NCBI RefSeq assembly: GCF_009914755.1 | Contig: NC_060935.1 | DNA: 64,000 bases | Reading direction: 5' to 3' (one strand) | Source of the DNA: the human T2T-CHM13v2.0 reference genome, Homo sapiens | Shown here: positions 58,381 through 64,000 of the stretch, in pieces | Position numbering within the stretch: position 1 is the stretch's first letter | Layout: every line of letters begins with the position of its first letter | The notes under the pieces: model-generated | What the model saw: only the letters and a program-made list of their open reading frames with translations | What the model was told of the DNA's origin: nothing | Databases searched by the model: none | Translations under genes and position numbers: made by a program

Positions 58381-60750
58381 TGTCTTAGAAAGTTCAGAAG
58401 GCTATAACAGAATACCATAGACTGGGTAGCTTAAAGAACAATCAATTTCTTACAGTTCTGGAGGCTAGAAATTCCAAAATCAAGATGCAGGTATCTGATG
58501 AGGGCATTGTTTCTGGTTAATAGACAGCGGTCTTCTCACTGTCCTCACATGGCAGAAAAAAAGCTAGAGAGCATACTGGGATCTCATACAAGATCATTAA
58601 TCTCTTTCATGACAGCTCCACCTCATGACTTAATTATAGGCATACTTTATTTCATTTCATTTCATTATTCTTCACAGATACTGCATTTTTTTGTTTGTTG
58701 GTTTTTCACAAATTGAAGGTTTGTGGCAAACATATCTTGAGCAAGCATATTGGCACCATTTTTCCAACAGCATGTGGTCACTCATTTTCTTGTGTAACAT
58801 TTTAGAAATTCGTGCAATATTTCAAGATTTTCTTATTATAATTACATCTTTATGGTGATATATGATGAATAATCTTTGCTATTATTATTGTAATTGTTTT
58901 GAGGCACCATGAATTACGTTCATATCCAACAGTGAACTTCATTGATAAATTTTGTATGTGTTCTGACTGCTCCATCAACAAGCCATTCCCTGTCTCTCTC
59001 TCTCTCCTTGGACTTCCCTATTTCCTGAGCCACAGTAATTTGGAAATCAGGCCAATTGATAACTGCACAATGGCCTCTAAGTGTCTAAGTTAAAGAAAGA
59101 GTCACAAATCTCTCTTTTTAAATTAAAAGCTAGAAGTGATTAAGCTTAATGAGAAAGGCATTTCAAAAGCCACGATAGACCAAAATCTAAGCCTCTTGTG
59201 CCAAACAGTTAGCCAATTCGGAATGCAAAGGAGAAGTTCCTGAAGGAAATTAAAAGTGCTACTCCAGTGAACACACAAATGATAATAAAATGAAACAGTT
59301 TGATTGCTTATATAAAAAAAGCCTTACTGGTCTGGATAGATCATCAAATCAGCTGCAGCATTCCCTTAGGCCAAACCCTAATCCAGAGCAAGGCTCTTAG
59401 TTTTTCCCATTTTATGAAGGGTGAGAGAGGTGAGCAGCTGCAGAAGAAAAGTTTGAAGTTAGAAGAGGCTAGCTCATGAGTTTGAAGGAAAGAAGCTGTA
59501 GCCATACCATAAAGGTCCAAGTGGATGCAATAAGTGCTGATGTGAAAGCTGGATCAAGTTATCCAGAGGATCTAGTTAAGACAAATGATGAATGTGTCAA
59601 CACTAAATAACAGATTTGCAATGTAGATGAAACAGCCTTATATTTGATGATGCCATCTAGCACTTCCATAGCTGGAGAGAACTCAATGCCTGGCTTCAAA
59701 AATTCAAAGGACAGGGTGACTTTCTTGTTAGGGGTCAATGCAGTCAGTGATTTTAAGTTGAAGCCAATGTTCATTTACTATTCCAGATATCCTAAGGGCC
59801 TTAAAGATTATGCTAAATATATTGTCTGTGCTCTATAAATGGAAAAACAAAGCCTGGATGATGGAACAGCATGGTTTACTGAATGTTTTAAGCTCACTGT
59901 TGACACTTACTTCTGAGAAAAAAAAATGCTTTACAAATATTACCGTTCATTGAAAATGCACCTGGTCACCCAAAAGCTCAGATGGAGAAGCACATGGAGA
60001 TTAACGTTGTTTCCATGCCTGCTAACACAATATTCATTCTTAAGTCCATGGACCAAAGAGTCATTTCAACTTTCATGTTTTATTATTTAAGAAATATATT
60101 TTATAAGGCTCTAGCTGCCATAGGTAGTGATTCCTCTAATGGATCTTGGCAAAGTAAATTGAAAACCTTCTGGAAAGCACTTAACATTTTGGAAGGCATT
60201 AGGAATATTCATGATTCATGGAAGGAGGTGAAAATATCAAAATACTTGCTATGGAGACATTTTTGTGCTTGTGAAAGGAGGAGTCAGTTGATGTGAAAAA
60301 TGTCATTGTCACATTGACAAGAAATTGTCACAGCTACCCCACCCTTCAGCAACCACCACCCTGATCAGTCGAGAGCCATCAACTTTGAGACAAGACCCTT
60401 CACCAGTGACAAGATTAGCACTCACTGAAGGCTCAGATGATTGTAGGAAATTTTTAACAATAAAGTATTCTTAATTAAGGTGTGTACAATTTTGAACATT
60501 ATCCTAGTACACACTTAATAGACTACAGTATACTGTAAACATAAATTTTATATGCATTGGGCAACCAAAAATTTTCTGTGACTTGCTATATTGTGATGTC
60601 TACTTTTTTGTGGTTGTCTGGAACTGAACCCATAATGTCTCTGAGGTATGCCTGTGTATACCAAGGGCTCTAACTCCTAATACCATTACATTAGGAGGTT
60701 AGGATTTCAAAATTTAAATTTGTGAAGTCACAAACATTCAGTTCACAGCA
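58381..60750 (-). mobile_element. MLT1A-type LTR split by Tigger1 (pieces 58381-58636 and ~60657-60750)
   Basis: TGTCTTAG..GCTATAACAGAATACCATAGACTGGG...CTCATGACTTAATTA | CTCCTAATACCATTACATTAGG..CATTCAG..CA. Confidence 0.85.
58637..60654 (+). mobile_element. Near full-length Tigger1 DNA transposon with decayed transposase
   Basis: TIRs (T/C)AGGCATAC...GTATGCCTG; ORFs 59644..59838 ([19 protein letters not shown]) and 59982..60296 are pogo/Tigger DDE pieces. Confidence 0.96.
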
Positions 60751-61254
60751 TGTCTTTTATTGACTTAAAAAGTTGACTTATCTAAAAGTCTTTGAAGATT
60801 AAAAACAAAATGGAAACACAGGAAATATTAATATTTTAGTAACCAAACATTATGTATCTAACTGACACGTATTTAAATATTAAAAAAGAGAGAGCATCAA
60901 AAAGGAGAATCCAGGGTTTACAGTTTCAACTTTAATTTTTATTCTTCTGTTATGTTCAGCTATGTGTACTTTGTGTCTGGCTAGAATCTCATCACCTACA
61001 GGTCTATGCTGCTACATTTGAAGAGATCTAAGTAAGTTATATAAGAATATGTAATACTGTTTTCAATGTGTCAAATTTATTTTTTGCAAGGTCACAAAGA
61101 AGAAAAACAAACAAAAAAAGATGTAATATAAAAACCGTATATTCTCTGTAATCTTTTTTTAATATTATATAATTATTTTTTCTACAAAATAATAAAAATA
61201 GAAAACTGCAACTTCAGAAAAAAGTGATAAGTATCTTGATTGATAATACGATAC

Positions 61255-63350
61255 ATATTTTATTAATACAAATTAATTGTACATATTTATGGGGTGTATG
61301 TGAAATTTTGATACATGAATATAATGTGTAGTGATTAAATCAGGGTATATGGAATAAGAACATAAACTAGACTTGCATAGCAAATGTGTAAACTAACTGT
61401 AATATCACCACCCTTATAATTTTGTCTAGTTACTAGAGCATTATGAATACAATTTCAGCTAACCACGTTTCTATCCCCTATTCTATCACCTGTGTTTCCC
61501 ATAGAGCTTATTACCTTCTTGAATTCTATTGTTATCACTTCCTTTTTAAAAAAAATTGGATTATATGAATTTATATAAGGTATCATGTTTCCTTGCTTTT
61601 CATATATATATGTGGCATTATATTATAGGTTGTATTCTGTGACTTTTTCTTTAATAGCATCTGTATAAGATTATTATTATTATTTCGACGTTTACTTCAT
61701 TTGTTTTCATGGTTGTGTAATACTCAATCAAACCAGTTTCTACAATTTACTTTTCAGTTTTGCTTTATGGTGTTGAGGTTTGTTGTTAAATGTATTTGCT
61801 TTACTAAATAGCGTTGCTAAGAACTTTTCAGGGAATGTTTCTTGGCCCTTACTTGCAAGAATTCATCTAAAGTGTATAATAAGAGAAAATGCTGGGTTAT
61901 AGGATATTGCAGTGCTAGAGCATGTGAAATTGTTTTCAAAAGTGTTCTAATTTATCTATTATTGGCATTAAATGAGTATTCCATTCAATTTACAATATCT
62001 TCCTGAACAGGAGTTACTACATTTCTAATTTTTGCTTTTCATGTTAGTGTAAAATACTGCTTATCATGTTCTTCATCTGCATATTCTTATAACCAATGAG
62101 GAAGATACTTTTCACTAATAGACTACTTATTTGTGCTTCCTTTTTAATAAAATTCCCATGCATGTCTTTTGTCTGTTTTTCTATGAGGTGCTTATTCTTT
62201 TCTTGGTTATATTTGTAGTTGTTCTATATTTGCTGCATGTATTTTAGTTATATAAAGTTACAAATATCTTTTCCCATACTGTAAACTATTTTTTATTTTC
62301 TTCATGTTGGATTGTGATGAAACCAAGATCTTAATATTAATGTATTTACATTTTCTAATCTTTTTATTTGTGATTAGTTTTTATTATTATTAAAGAAATA
62401 AATTTGTTACAAAAGATTATGAGATTATAAAAGTATACTTCTGTAATTTCTTCTAAAAGATAAAATTATTGCTTTTACATTTAAGTCTTTAATCCATCTT
62501 CAAATTTTTCACAAAGCTGTCAGTTATGGGCCCAAGATTCTATTTTCCTCACAGAAATAGTTATCCCACCTTCATTTATTGAACATTTCCTCCTTGATCC
62601 AGTAATGTAAAATGCACCTGTATTAAATAGCAAGTTTCCATATATGACTGTATCTCTATCTGGGCATGTGTATCTTCACCAATACTATACTCAATATTTG
62701 TGTCTTATTAAAAGGTGAAGTACCTCTAATTTTAAAAAAACTGATTGTCTTGGCTGCTTTTCTTTAATTAGATTTTTTATTGAAGAATAGCAAATAAATA
62801 AAAATGCACCAAATGACTATATATAACTACCAAATATAAATGTCATAATATGGCATCATAAATATCACAAAGGGGATATAATCATCTAAATATCATGGAT
62901 ATAAAGAAATAGACCATAATCAGTACTGGAAAAATCTTCTGGTATTTTTCCACATTTTTATGCCCACAGTATTCCACAAAGGCAACCATCATCTTGGCTT
63001 CTAATAACATAAACTAATTTTGCTAGACGTTGAAATCCAAGTTCATTAAATAATATGATGTTTGTTATGGCATGACTTCATTCTTCAAAATAATACTTGC
63101 AGATTTATCCATATTGTTGGTGTGTAGCAGCAGGATATTCCTGAAATACACAGCTATATTCATTGAAGACATTTAGCTGTGTATTTATCCATTCTATTGT
63201 TTAGATATTTAGCCTGCTTTGAGTTGAGGGTATGGCATATAACACCGCCATGAGCATGCATTTTTGTTAGGCATATGTTTTTGCCTTTAGTAGTATATTG
63301 TACCTGTTAGTTTTTACTTTTTTTTTTTAAGTGACAAACTGTTCAGCAAA
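61255..63350 (-). mobile_element. L1MA 3' tip plus degraded L1ME-type fragments
   Basis: ATTGTACATATTTATGGGGT; TTTTACATTTAAGTCTTTAATCCATCT; TTTATCCATTCTATTG. Confidence 0.65.
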
Positions 63351-63603
63351 AATGCTCTCATTTTTTGATCAGCCTGGGAGCATCATTTTGCCTTTGTTTT
63401 TTAAAAATATTTTGAACTTTTATTTCATATTTATTTAAAAACCTAACATTCAAGTGAAGAATCAGTTATGTTTTTGATTTAATAAGTAATAAATAGAAAA
63501 TTTGTGGTTTTAAACTTTGGTTGATGAATATTATATATTTTTATTATACTTTAAGTTCTAAGATACAAATTAAAATATAAAACATATATATATATGTATT
63601 TAC

Positions 63604-64000
63604 TTTTTAAATTATACTTTAAGTTCTGGGGTACATTTGCAGAACATGCAGTTTTGTTCCATAGTTATACGCCTGCCATGATGGTTTGCTGCATGCATCA
63701 ACCCGTCATCTACATTAGGTGTTTCTCCTAATGTTATCCCTCCCCTAGCACCCCACCCCCCTACAGGCCCCAGTGTGTGATGTTCCCCTCCCTATGTCCA
63801 CATGTTCTCATTGTTCAACTCCCACTTATGAGTGAGAACATGTGGTGCTTGGTTTTTGGTTCTTATATTAGTTTGCTGAGAATGATGGTTTCCAGCTTCA
63901 TCCATGTCCCTGCAAAGGAAATGAACTCATCCTCTTTTATGGCTGCATAGTATTCCATGGTGTATATGTGCCACATTTTCTTTATCCAGTCTATCATTGA
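63604..64000 (-). mobile_element. L1PA7/8-type 3' UTR running off the window
   Basis: ATTATACTTTAAGTTCTGGGGTACA..GCAGAACATGCAG..CCCACTTATGAGTGAGAACATG. Confidence 0.95.

Noticed and set aside
59644-60296. TIGD/CENP-B-like transposase peptides
   Set aside because: Decayed Tigger1 with stops and frameshifts.

Overview
AT-rich, CpG-depleted primate (human-like) DNA with no intact protein-coding gene, CpG island, RNA gene or CRISPR array visible. Much of it is interspersed repeat: about 10 Alus, a full-length L1PB1-type element nested in an older L1M, two L1PA7/8-type elements, old L1M/L1ME/L2/MIR pieces, MaLR elements (MST, THE1, MLT1, one with LTR-internal-LTR), an MLT2 LTR, ERV1-type solo LTRs (MER50, MER72-like, MER67-like, MER41A) and DNA transposons (Tigger1, two Tigger3a, HSMAR2). 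Most ORFs in the supplied track are repeat-derived or chance. Subfamily names come from my recall of consensus sequences, not from a search. The best unexplained signal is a chain of short minus-strand segments in unique DNA (about 47.2 kb down to 0.8 kb). They have splice-site-like ends, several phase-compatible junctions and coiled-coil-like translations broken by stops and frameshifts, suggesting a decayed multi-exon gene (candidate unitary pseudogene). The second is a ~1.1 kb TA-rich fold-back insertion with nested inverted repeats inside an L1 3' end (21.1-22.2 kb).
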